Below, piece after piece: positions 26,180-35,168 of a DNA stretch of 61,046 nucleotides. The stretch comes from a virus (taxonomy: Duplodnaviria; Caudoviricetes). Numbering within the stretch: the stretch's first letter is position 1; each line of letters opens with the position of its first letter. A program made the position numbers and the translations under genes. The stretch covers positions 1 to 61,046 of IMG/VR virus record IMGVR_UViG_3300042988_000595; one strand, written 5' to 3'. The notes under the pieces are model-generated. The model searched no databases. It was not told the origin of the DNA and was given only the letters and a program-made list of their open reading frames with translations.

Positions 26180-28153
26180 ATGCAAATCGGCATGTCAATG
26201 TCTATCCCCAGTGTTGTCCGAACATTGCCGATGGCGGTCCGCTCCATCCTCGCCAAATACCCCGCAGGTGACGCGCACCTCTACCTCCCCGCAGCGCAGA
26301 CGCCTGTGCTTGGGCCGGAGCTTGTGGTTAATGGGGATGGGTCGAGTACAACGGGTTGGCTAAGTAGCGGCACGTTTGCTTCCGTTGGCGGCGAATTGCA
26401 AGTTACCACAACAGGTGGTTTTGGCTGGATGCGTCAGGTTGTTCCGGCAACGGTTGGCAAGACATACCGTGTCTCGTTTGATTTTCGTCGAGTTACTGGA
26501 TCGTCTGGCTATGTCAATGTGCGTGATAGTTCAAATGCTATTAGCTACGGGCAACAATTAAGCACCGGAACATTTAATCAACTTGTCACGCTAACCGCTG
26601 GCACTGGTATCTGGATACAGACGGAAAACTACACCAACGGCGATGTGATGGGGTTGGACAACATCTCCGTCCGCGAAATCCTCTCATACTCCGACACCAT
26701 CTCAGGCTTTCACACAGGCAATTACCTAGACAGCGCAGGCACTACTCCGGCGACTGTCGATAATCCTGTTGGTCTTGTGCTGGATGGCGCGGGGAGTGTT
26801 GGGAGTGAGTTAAAGGATACGTTCTCCGCTGGTAGTGGCGTCACTAAAGTTGGTGATACCTATAGCGGCACATCTGTTGGCACGTTCGACACAATTGCAG
26901 TGAAGAGTTCCGGCCTCGCTATCGGCAAGACTTACAAAATCACTTACACGGTTAATTCTATAAGTGGTGGAAGCATTCGCTGGATGGACACGGGTGGCAC
27001 AGGGCACACGGCTGGTTCCGTTGGAACATACACATTCCACTACACAATCGGCATTGCCAATCTGACGCTGCAAACAATGGCAATCGGTGTTGCGTTCAAT
27101 GTCACCGTAACGTCCGTCCGCGAAGTCACCGGCATCCACGCATCTCAATCGACAGCAGGTTTCAAGCCTGTCGAGCGCAGGGGGATTGTGAATCTGCTGA
27201 CGTATAGCAATGATCTTACGAATGCAAGCTGGACAAAGTTCGGAACGGCATCTGTAACTGGTTCTGTTGTTAGCCTTCCTGCGCTTGCTGATCGTGTTTA
27301 TAAGATTCAATCAGGGTGCGTGTCTGGCTCTACTTACACTGTCGGCTATGTCCTATCAGGAAGCGGAACAGTAAAGATCGGGGCAAACAATTCCGTTGCT
27401 GATGAAACTGTAGAAATCACGCTGACTGCCACGCCTACGCTTTACGTTAAGTCTTACACAGCGCAGGGAACGACTACTTATCCGTATGCTGTTTATCGTG
27501 ATGGAACAACTGCAACCAGCGTAACAGTTGAATCTGTCGGACTCTTCCAAGGCACCCTAACAGCCTCTCAAATCCTCTCCTACGGCGGCATCCCACTGAC
27601 CACCACGGCAGCAGCGAGTAGCAGCGGGGGGAATTACTTCTGGCAGTTCGATGGGACGGATGATCGTATCAGCTTGGGTGCGCCTCTGTTCCAGATGAGT
27701 GATGACCATTGCGTTGTGGCTGGCGTGACGGGAACTGCCGCTTCATCTGGCCGACCTATTTTTGCAGGGTGGAATACTGGCGGTGTGAGTGCGTTTATCA
27801 ATCTTTACCACAATGCAGGGAATTACTATGCAGCGTGGAAAGATGATGCGTCCGCATATTACGCTATTTCGTATGCCGTTCCAGTGGGTACTCCTGTCGT
27901 TCCAACACTACGAAAAGTTGGTAACAACAAGTCTCTGCGTATAAACGGAAGTCAGGTGGCAATTAACACCGCCGCTATTGGAACGGGAACGATTGCTCAA
28001 GCTGCTATTGGTCAATGGCAGTATGGTGCGTCAAGTTATGACTACTTCCAAGGGAATATTGGCCCAATGGTCATTATTAAGGGAACCGTCAGTGACGCAG
28101 ACCTGCTTGTACTGGAACGCTTCGTTGCTTCCTTGTCAGGCGTAACCCTATGA
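26180..28153 (+). CDS. Mosaic fibre/receptor-binding protein with carbohydrate-binding-like modules and LamG-like C-domain
   Basis: GPELVVNGD...DNISVREI, VTSVREV, NLLTYSNDL, WQFDGTDD, YFQGNIG. Confidence 0.7.
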   Translation: MQIGMSMSIPSVVRTLPMAVRSILAKYPAGDAHLYLPAAQTPVLGPELVVNGDGSSTTGWLSSGTFASVGGELQVTTTGGFGWMRQVVPATVGKTYRVSFDFRRVTGSSGYVNVRDSSNAISYGQQLSTGTFNQLVTLTAGTGIWIQTENYTNGDVMGLDNISVREILSYSDTISGFHTGNYLDSAGTTPATVDNPVGLVLDGAGSVGSELKDTFSAGSGVTKVGDTYSGTSVGTFDTIAVKSSGLAIGKTYKITYTVNSISGGSIRWMDTGGTGHTAGSVGTYTFHYTIGIANLTLQTMAIGVAFNVTVTSVREVTGIHASQSTAGFKPVERRGIVNLLTYSNDLTNASWTKFGTASVTGSVVSLPALADRVYKIQSGCVSGSTYTVGYVLSGSGTVKIGANNSVADETVEITLTATPTLYVKSYTAQGTTTYPYAVYRDGTTATSVTVESVGLFQGTLTASQILSYGGIPLTTTAAASSSGGNYFWQFDGTDDRISLGAPLFQMSDDHCVVAGVTGTAASSGRPIFAGWNTGGVSAFINLYHNAGNYYAAWKDDASAYYAISYAVPVGTPVVPTLRKVGNNKSLRINGSQVAINTAAIGTGTIAQAAIGQWQYGASSYDYFQGNIGPMVIIKGTVSDADLLVLERFVASLSGVTL

Positions 28154-28284
28154 CCTACCTAAACCACATCATAGACACTCACGCCTTCTGGTGCTTAGTC
28201 GGATTCGCCGCTGGCTTCTTCGTATGCGCTTGGGTGGTGCAAATGGTGCGCTGTGATAACTGTTGCTGGAGGGAGAAAGAATGA
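28150..28284 (+). CDS. 44 aa single-TM peptide (MTYLNHIIDTHAFWCLVGFAAGFFVCAWVVQMV...), not in ORF track
   Basis: Translated by hand, ATGA overlaps at both ends. Confidence 0.6.
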   Translation: MTYLNHIIDTHAFWCLVGFAAGFFVCAWVVQMVRCDNCCWREKE

Positions 28285-28538
28285 CAAACGAACAGATTAT
28301 TGAGGCGGCGCTTGAATGTGGTTTTTCTGTCGAACCCGCAACAGGGATGATCTACGCAGAAGATGGATTCACAAAGGTTTCGTGCAAGCACGGCCTTACT
28401 GAATTAGCCAAACACTTCTACCGCCAAGGCTTGCTGGATGGGGCTGCTGAGTTTGATAGGCGTGATGATGGAAATGGGTTTTACGATCCACATGAACCAG
28501 CCGAGATACTCCGAAAGATGGCAGAGGTAACACAATGA
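28281..28538 (+). CDS. Hypothetical protein, paralog of 59528-59833
   Basis: Shares QIIEAALEC and YRQGLLDGAA. Confidence 0.75.
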   Translation: MTNEQIIEAALECGFSVEPATGMIYAEDGFTKVSCKHGLTELAKHFYRQGLLDGAAEFDRRDDGNGFYDPHEPAEILRKMAEVTQ

Positions 28539-28903
28539 ACTACGACCACACCATCACACTGATCGTGCCGCTTGACGCACTGGATATTGCCAAGCGTGTT
28601 AGCCGTGCGCTCGATCCAGATGTCGGCGGGTATGATGCTTTTCAGTCTCGCGTGACGAAGGCCGGTGTCGAGTTCGCAAGCTATTCGACTTCATGCGTTG
28701 CATCGTTCGCCCAGAACGCGGCCATGCTGCTGGCTATCCCCGAAGAACTTTACGCGATGGTGTCAGCAGACTACGCAAGCCGCTGGCCTGATCTGGAATG
28801 CCCAACGCTGGAAGAATGCACGGCGCTTTGTTCCGTCATCGAGTGTTACGTCGATTGCCAAGCTGAAGGTTATGAGCAAGTGGTGCCCGTTACCTCGATG
28901 TAA
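28535..28903 (+). CDS. Hypothetical protein (possible fibre partner/chaperone)
   Basis: GAGG RBS, ATGA coupling, position. Confidence 0.6.
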   Translation: MNYDHTITLIVPLDALDIAKRVSRALDPDVGGYDAFQSRVTKAGVEFASYSTSCVASFAQNAAMLLAIPEELYAMVSADYASRWPDLECPTLEECTALCSVIECYVDCQAEGYEQVVPVTSM

Positions 28904-28908
28904 CTTTA

Positions 28909-28917
28909 TGGTATAAT
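28909..28917 (+). promoter_or_regulatory. Extended -10 element TGGTATAAT
   Basis: Consensus TGn-TATAAT about 25 nt before the ATG at 28942. Confidence 0.65.
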
Positions 28918-28941
28918 CAGTAAAAATCAAGGACTAAGCTC

Positions 28942-29916
28942 ATGGCGACTTCTGGAACAATCGGTTCAACTACCATCAAGACCTCGAACCTGTTGGAAAA
29001 GGCTGTTCGTCGCTGTGGCTTGCTCCCTGCTACGCTGACCCCTGAGTCTGTAGATACTGCCACCGAGAGCTTGTTTATGCTCTTGATGAGCTTGTCCAAC
29101 CGAGGTTTGAACCTTTGGTGTGTAGACAAGAAGCTCATGGCGTTGGAAGTGGCCAAGGCGACCTATCAGTTGCCGATCGGCACCCAAGTGGTCCTCAACC
29201 TGCTTCATGCCACGCCGACCCTCGTTACGGGTACGGACACTTCTGATGCAAATAACTACACCACCACTCTGACGACAGCCTCTCCCGTGGTCCGCTTCGG
29301 TGTAAAGTTTAGCGTTTCGCCCACTTCGTTCACCTTTGAATCGTCCGCCGACGGCGTTACTTGGACCATTGCTGAGACGTTCACAGAAGTAGCTGCTTCG
29401 GGCACCCTCGGTTGGTACGACGTTGACCCTTCCGTCACTGCGGCTTACTTCCGCGTGCATAGTGCGACCGGTATTACCGTGACCCAGTTCACGCTGGTGA
29501 CAGAAGTCAAAGAAGTCATGGTGGCCAAGTTCAACCGCGACGACTATGCCAACCAACCGAACAAGACGCAACAGTCCAACACAGTCACCAACTATTACTT
29601 CGAGAAGCTGATCACCCCTCAGCTAACCGTGTGGCCAGTGCCGTCCGATGCTACCCGTCACTTGGTGCTGTTCCGCTACCGCCAGATTCAAGACGTCGGT
29701 ACGCTGACTCAAGAGTTGGAAATCCCTGCCCGTTGGTATGAAGCAATCTGCTGGCATTTGGCACTGCGCCTAGCATTCGAGCTGCCTGGGGTTGACCCCG
29801 CACGCCGTCAAGAGGTTAAGGGTATGGCTGACGCTATGACAATTGAAGTTGAGCGTGACGAAAGTGATGATGCACCTATTTATTACAGCCCTGCGATAGG
29901 TGTATATACCCGATGA
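28942..29916 (+). CDS. Head-tail adaptor-like virion protein
   Basis: MATSGT..., SNRGLNLW, NRDDYANQPNK, VWPVP, EIPARWYEAI motifs. Confidence 0.6.
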   Translation: MATSGTIGSTTIKTSNLLEKAVRRCGLLPATLTPESVDTATESLFMLLMSLSNRGLNLWCVDKKLMALEVAKATYQLPIGTQVVLNLLHATPTLVTGTDTSDANNYTTTLTTASPVVRFGVKFSVSPTSFTFESSADGVTWTIAETFTEVAASGTLGWYDVDPSVTAAYFRVHSATGITVTQFTLVTEVKEVMVAKFNRDDYANQPNKTQQSNTVTNYYFEKLITPQLTVWPVPSDATRHLVLFRYRQIQDVGTLTQELEIPARWYEAICWHLALRLAFELPGVDPARRQEVKGMADAMTIEVERDESDDAPIYYSPAIGVYTR

Positions 29917-30596
29917 ACCACGTGTATATTGATTTTAAGCCTAACGGTACCCCATTTTATGTGGGGATCGGTTCTGCACGTAGAGTCAAAGTTGCCCGTA
30001 GAAACCGTCATCACTCCAATGTTTGCAAGAAATACAAAGACTGGTACAGGGTGGTTGTGGAGTCCACAGAAGACTATGATCTTTGCAAAGAGTTTGAAAT
30101 ATTTCTTATTTCAGAAATAGGTCGTAAAGATTTACACGATGGTCCATTGGTGAATTACACCGACGGAGGTGACGGCGTTAAAGGTTTGGTGTTCTCTGAA
30201 GAGTCTCGTGCGAAGCTGTCCAAAGCTCGTCTCGGCAATACACACCTGCTTGGTTATGTCCCTACACAGGAGACTCGTCGCAAAATCAGCAGAGCGAACA
30301 TGGGTCGCAAGCATACGCCTGAGGCCAAGGTGAACATGAGTAATGCCCAACGCGGAGAAAATCACCCGATGTATGGTAAAACTCATAAAGATTCATCCAA
30401 GTTGAAGACTTCGCAAAGTACCAAAGGTAAGGTGTGGATTACTAATGGAGAAACAGAGTCTCTTATCCGTTTAGTGTGTGGTGTACCACTTGGATGGGAA
30501 CTTGGTAGAATTAATGGTAAGTCGAGAAAGGCTGACCGCTCTCCGGAAGCAACAGCACGTCGATCCGAGGCTGCAAAGCGGGGTGCTAAAAAATGA
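29913..30596 (+). CDS. GIY-YIG-like homing endonuclease with NUMOD3 repeats
   Basis: VYIDFKPNGTPFYVGIGS, LVNYTDGGDG, SEESRAKLS, GENHPMYGKTH. Confidence 0.85.
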   Translation: MNHVYIDFKPNGTPFYVGIGSARRVKVARRNRHHSNVCKKYKDWYRVVVESTEDYDLCKEFEIFLISEIGRKDLHDGPLVNYTDGGDGVKGLVFSEESRAKLSKARLGNTHLLGYVPTQETRRKISRANMGRKHTPEAKVNMSNAQRGENHPMYGKTHKDSSKLKTSQSTKGKVWITNGETESLIRLVCGVPLGWELGRINGKSRKADRSPEATARRSEAAKRGAKK

Positions 30597-30817
30597 GCTT
30601 GTACCATCCAGTATCCACTAAAGGTACGGCTGCGATTGCGGTGTGCGACCGCTGCAAGCTCAAAATGAGCTACGATGAATTACGCCCAGATGGTAACTCT
30701 CCTGGGCTGCGTGTCTGCAAGGACTGCTGGGATGTTAAAGACCCATGGCGCTTGCCGGCTCGCAAGACTGAGAACATTACACTGCGCTATCCGCGCCCAG
30801 ACGAGAATTTGGAGTAA
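30593..30817 (+). CDS. Small Zn-ribbon protein
   Basis: AVCDRC...GLRVCKDCWD...PRPD. Confidence 0.7.
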   Translation: MSLYHPVSTKGTAAIAVCDRCKLKMSYDELRPDGNSPGLRVCKDCWDVKDPWRLPARKTENITLRYPRPDENLE

Positions 30818-30820
30818 CCG

Positions 30821-31444
30821 ATGGCTGAAGCACTTACGTATGACAGCTTAGTTCAAGATATCAAGGATTATTCTGAGCGATCGGACGAACCGTTTTTGAA
30901 TCAGATTCCGCGTCTGATCATGATGGCTGAAAATCGCATTGCTTCCGAGTCTAAGCCGTTCGGCTTTGTTCGCACCGTGACCGGTACGCTTAACGGGAAC
31001 ACGCTTGAGAAACCGACCCGTTGGCGCAAGACGAAAAGTTTTAGCCTCCTCGACGGTACCACGAGACGTTATCTTTACAGCCGAGAATATGAGTATTGCC
31101 GTAGTTTTTGGCCAAATGCGGCGCTGACGGCACTGCCTAAGTATTATGCAGATTATGACTACGAGCACTTCTTTCTGGCAGCAACTCCGGACCAAGCGTA
31201 CCCGTTTGAACTACAATATTACGAACGGCCGATTCCGCTCAGTGCTGAGAACCAGACAAATTGGACTACCCAATACGCACCACAGTTGTTACTCTACGCA
31301 ACCATGATGGAAGCGATGCCGTTCTTGAAGACTTCAGAGCGTATTCCTGAGTTTCAAGGTTTGTACGATCGCGCCATGGCTGCGATTACGAAAGAAGATG
31401 AATCTCGCGTTATGGATAGCGCAGTTGTAAGGAGTCAGCCTTAA
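30821..31444 (+). CDS. Tail adaptor/tubular-like protein
   Basis: LTYDSLVQDIKDYSER, MAENRI, PKYYA, TPDQAY, APQLLLYA. Confidence 0.65.
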   Translation: MAEALTYDSLVQDIKDYSERSDEPFLNQIPRLIMMAENRIASESKPFGFVRTVTGTLNGNTLEKPTRWRKTKSFSLLDGTTRRYLYSREYEYCRSFWPNAALTALPKYYADYDYEHFFLAATPDQAYPFELQYYERPIPLSAENQTNWTTQYAPQLLLYATMMEAMPFLKTSERIPEFQGLYDRAMAAITKEDESRVMDSAVVRSQP

Positions 31445-33345
31445 TGAGTTATGTAGACGTTTTTGGAGCCAATACGCTCCCACCCAGTGAGTTAGGTTAC
31501 CATGCGCTGACGATCACGACAGATACTACGGTTGTCTGGCCGTACAATGCGGACTCCACATCGACAACCCTGGCCAAGATTAACAACGTCTCTTGCGATG
31601 CAGGTAATGCGCTTACGCTCCCTGATGCGACACAAGTGTCTACCGGTGAGGACTTCCTGATCCGCAACGTTGGTGCTAATGCCCTTACGGTTAAGAGTGC
31701 CGGTGGGGTCACGGTTGCAACGGTAGCATCCGGTGCCGCTTCGTACTTTTACTTGACCGACAATACGACCTCTGCTGGTGTGTTCGGAGTTATCGGTTTC
31801 GGCGTAGGGACATCGACCGCAGATGCAGCAAGCCTTGTCGGTTATGGTGTAAAAGCGATCGGTAACACGCTGAACCAATCCCACCCTGTCGTCCCAACGG
31901 CGTCGGGCATTACGATTGGTTCCACCTACCGTTCAAAACTGGTTGTATTCACTGGCGGCTCAGCTACATTCAATCTGACAGCTGCCTCCACGTTGGGTGA
32001 TGATTTCTTTGTCTTGATCCGCAACGACGGTACCGGTACGCTGACGATTGACCCGTCAACTACGGAAACGATTGATGGCCTGTCCACGTTGCAAGTGCAA
32101 CCGTCTGAGTCCTTGATCCTTCTGTGCACGGGCACGTTGTGGTACTCGGTTGGTTACGGCCGCTCGGTTCTTTACCAGTTTACCCAGCTCACCAAGGATG
32201 TCAGTGCCGGCGGTACGATCACGCTGACTGCAGCAGAGGCGTCTAACAAGCTGATCACTTTCATCGGCAACCCTGCTGGCGCTGTAACGGTCATCGCCCC
32301 TTCTGTGGTGGCGGTTTATTACACCTATTCGAACATCTCGACCGCACAGACGATCACCTTGAAGACACTTGCCGGCTCAGGCGTTGGTATCAGCCAGGGT
32401 GCTCGCATTATCGCAATTTGTGATGGTACGAATGTGTTGTCCGCACAATCTGCTGTGGCCAATAGCTCACTGAGTTTGACCGATGGTACGGTGTCCGCCC
32501 CATCCCTGTATTTCGCTACGCAGACGAACAGCGGTCTTTATAAGGTCGGAACGAACGGCGTCGGCGTGACGGTCAATGGCAGCAATGCAGGTAGCTTTAC
32601 AACGAGCGGCACTACGCTGACCAGCTTGCAAAATACACCCATCGGCTCCACGACGCCGAGCACGGGGGCATTCACCTCAATTTCACTGACGACCGATTTG
32701 GCAGTAGCTGACGGTGGAACCGGTGTATCTACTTTGACAGGTATTGTTAAGGGCAACGGTACATCCGCGTTTAGTGCAGCAACAGCTGGTACTGACTACC
32801 TTGCCCCGCCGAGCGGGACGTCGATTTTGAAAGCTAATTCTGGCGGAGCCCTGGCCAACGCTGTAGCAGGTACAGACTATCAAGCGCCGATCGGTACAAT
32901 CTCTGGCATTGCCAAGGGTAACGGTGCTAACGCACTGACAGCTGCTGTAGCGGGTACTGACTACCTTGCTCCGGCTGCGATTGGTTCAACCGTCCAAGCC
33001 TATGACGCTCAACTGTTCTCCAACATTCCGCAGAACTCGCAAAGCACGGCATACACGCTCGTAGCGACTGACGCACAGAAGCATATCCTCCACCCGTCTG
33101 CTGACACGACTGCGCGGACTTTCACGATTCCGGCGAATGCTTCCGTAGCTTATCCAATCGGCACGGCTTTGACGTTCATCAACCAGAATGGTGCTGGCGT
33201 TGTAACTATCTCTATTAACTCTGACACGCTTCGCCTCGCAGGTGCAGGCACTACTGGTTCTAGGACTCTTGCTGCTAACGGCCTAGCTACTGCGATCAAG
33301 GTTACATCGACAGAGTGGATTATTTCTGGAACGGGGCTTACCTAA
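31444..33345 (+). CDS. Tail fibre protein
   Basis: Thr/Gly-rich, LAVADGGTG, three AGTDY repeats, C-terminal NIPQNSQS...WIISGTGLT. Confidence 0.75.
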   Translation: MSYVDVFGANTLPPSELGYHALTITTDTTVVWPYNADSTSTTLAKINNVSCDAGNALTLPDATQVSTGEDFLIRNVGANALTVKSAGGVTVATVASGAASYFYLTDNTTSAGVFGVIGFGVGTSTADAASLVGYGVKAIGNTLNQSHPVVPTASGITIGSTYRSKLVVFTGGSATFNLTAASTLGDDFFVLIRNDGTGTLTIDPSTTETIDGLSTLQVQPSESLILLCTGTLWYSVGYGRSVLYQFTQLTKDVSAGGTITLTAAEASNKLITFIGNPAGAVTVIAPSVVAVYYTYSNISTAQTITLKTLAGSGVGISQGARIIAICDGTNVLSAQSAVANSSLSLTDGTVSAPSLYFATQTNSGLYKVGTNGVGVTVNGSNAGSFTTSGTTLTSLQNTPIGSTTPSTGAFTSISLTTDLAVADGGTGVSTLTGIVKGNGTSAFSAATAGTDYLAPPSGTSILKANSGGALANAVAGTDYQAPIGTISGIAKGNGANALTAAVAGTDYLAPAAIGSTVQAYDAQLFSNIPQNSQSTAYTLVATDAQKHILHPSADTTARTFTIPANASVAYPIGTALTFINQNGAGVVTISINSDTLRLAGAGTTGSRTLAANGLATAIKVTSTEWIISGTGLT

Positions 33346-33346
33346 C

Positions 33347-34168
33347 ATGAGCGCGATCATGCAGGTTATTGCGTCTATCGGTGCAGCTAAGATTTCTGCA
33401 ACTGGTGGAACGATCACTACGGCAGGCTCTTACAAGATTCACACATTCACCTCTAGCGGCACATTTGAGATTACTGGCGGCTCTGGTGACGTTGAGTATC
33501 TTGTAGTGGCTGGCGGTGGTGGCGGTGGCTCCATTCAGGCCGGTGGTGGTGGTGCTGGCGGTGTATTGACGGGAACGCTCACTAATAAGTCGGTTGGAAG
33601 TTACTCGGTAACTGTAGGCGGCGGTGGTGCTGGTTCTGAAATCAGAACAGCTAAAGGATCAAACGGTACTAATTCCACGTTTGACACGATCACAGCTACA
33701 GGTGGTGGTGGCGGTGGTTCAATGAATAACGGCTCCGCTCCAATCTACAACGGTGCAAACGGTGGCTCTGGTGGCGGCGGTGCTATTGCTCCAGGAGCCG
33801 TAGGTGGTACTGGTGTTGCAGGTCAAGGTTATGCCGGTGGTGACTGCGGTGTTATTTACTACGGCGCAGGCGGCGGCGGTGCTGGCGGTGTTGGTGGCAA
33901 CTCTTCTGGAACGTCATCAGGTAACGGTGGTGCAGGTGTAACCGTGTTCGGACTGAACGTCGGTGGTGGCGGTGGTGGCTCTGACTATTCAGCAGGTTCC
34001 GGTGGTACTGCTTCTTACGGTGGCGGTGCAGGCTCTCACTCTGCCGGTGCTGGCGGTGCTAGTGGTACTGCTAACACAGGCGGTGGTGGCGGCGGTGGTC
34101 ACGAAGGAACAGGCATTGGTGGTGGGTCCGGTGGCTCTGGAATCGTTGTCGTGAGGTACTTAATCTAA
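33347..34168 (+). CDS. Glycine-rich tail fibre tip protein
   Basis: IHTFTSSGTF, YLVVAGGGGGG, ANTGGGGGG, GGSGIVVVRY. Confidence 0.8.
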   Translation: MSAIMQVIASIGAAKISATGGTITTAGSYKIHTFTSSGTFEITGGSGDVEYLVVAGGGGGGSIQAGGGGAGGVLTGTLTNKSVGSYSVTVGGGGAGSEIRTAKGSNGTNSTFDTITATGGGGGGSMNNGSAPIYNGANGGSGGGGAIAPGAVGGTGVAGQGYAGGDCGVIYYGAGGGGAGGVGGNSSGTSSGNGGAGVTVFGLNVGGGGGGSDYSAGSGGTASYGGGAGSHSAGAGGASGTANTGGGGGGGHEGTGIGGGSGGSGIVVVRYLI

Positions 34169-34428
34169 TGGCACACTTCGCAGAAATTGACCAAAACAAC
34201 ATTGTTCTTCGCGTTCTGGTAGTCGGTGACGATCAGGAACATCGTGGGCATGACTTCCTAGCCAACGATCTAGGTCTTGGTGGAACGTGGATTCAGTGCA
34301 GCTATAACGCAAAGATTCGTGGCTGCTATCCGGCACAAGGATTTATCTACGATCCGGTAGCTGATGTGTTTGTTGATCCGGCTCCACCTATTCCTGAAGA
34401 TTCGCCTCCGCTTTGGATGCCAGAATGA
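34168..34428 (+). CDS. Small partner of the glycine-rich fibre protein
   Basis: MAHFAEID.NNIVLRVLVV...WIQCSYN...YDPVADVF. Confidence 0.7.
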   Translation: MAHFAEIDQNNIVLRVLVVGDDQEHRGHDFLANDLGLGGTWIQCSYNAKIRGCYPAQGFIYDPVADVFVDPAPPIPEDSPPLWMPE

Positions 34429-34790
34429 ACGTCACTTGTAGATACCGCAACGACTACGATCGACCGTTAAGCGATCCTCTGCCTGAACTCGGTGGCCGTC
34501 GTTTTATCTTCCGTCTGTACTCTGGTCAGATCAATGATCCGGTGCAGATAGGAGGCAACTGGTTCACGCCACCATATCCTACGAAAGTGTGGAAGAAGTA
34601 CGTCAGCCTTCCTATTCTTCCGTTCATTGCATGGCGTTGGCCGTTCTCTAATCGTGGCGGTTACATCGGATTCAAGCTGTACGGTGTAGATTCAGAAGCC
34701 TACAAGAACTGGATGGACCCCAACGATGTCTACGAAGGCTCACAGGCGCTGTGCCTGTCCTGCCGACCGTTTGCTAACTTGGCAAAATGA
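34425..34790 (+). CDS. Hypothetical protein
   Basis: ATGA-coupled, aromatic-rich. Confidence 0.6.
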   Translation: MNVTCRYRNDYDRPLSDPLPELGGRRFIFRLYSGQINDPVQIGGNWFTPPYPTKVWKKYVSLPILPFIAWRWPFSNRGGYIGFKLYGVDSEAYKNWMDPNDVYEGSQALCLSCRPFANLAK

Positions 34791-35167
34791 ATCCACAAGA
34801 CGACTTCTCTCTTGTGCAAGGTGGTGATTGCTTTAGCCACTGGCACTCGTCCGACCGGCAACCCACCCAGGACTTCTTACATGGTCTTCAAGGTGTCACC
34901 CGTGTCGAGTATCGAGCAGCGGACTTTACCGTAGACTTGTCAGTTGATTACTACATCGTGACTACACCTGCCGCAGTGACGGCGACGCTGCCGTTAGCCA
35001 GAGGTAATAGAGTCATTGTGCTTCTACGAGACGGCGGGGCGCATAATTTGTCCATCTATCCGTCGGGTGGTGAAACCATCAACGGCACAACGCATATCGA
35101 CATCACCTCTTCTTATTCACCTGTTAGACTTCTTGCTCTAAAAGGTGTTGGATACGTACAGGTTTAA
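34787..35167 (+). CDS. Hypothetical tail-module protein
   Basis: TLPLA...PSGGETING fibre-like motif. Confidence 0.6.
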   Translation: MNPQDDFSLVQGGDCFSHWHSSDRQPTQDFLHGLQGVTRVEYRAADFTVDLSVDYYIVTTPAAVTATLPLARGNRVIVLLRDGGAHNLSIYPSGGETINGTTHIDITSSYSPVRLLALKGVGYVQV

Positions 35168-35168
35168 T

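Noticed and set aside
18814-30596. Group I introns around the endonuclease genes
   Set aside because: Flanking genes are complete and closely coupled, leaving no room for intron core sequence.
32740-32975. Three AGTDY repeats in the tail fibre as a novel element
   Set aside because: Real, but ordinary fibre shaft repeats.
26180-34168. Diversity-generating retroelement acting on fibre genes
   Set aside because: No reverse transcriptase ORF and no ~100 bp repeat pair differing at adenines was seen.
33347-34168. Gly-rich repeats as collagen or a DNA repeat array
   Set aside because: Poly-Gly runs rather than Gly-X-Y. This is a common glycine-rich phage fibre domain.
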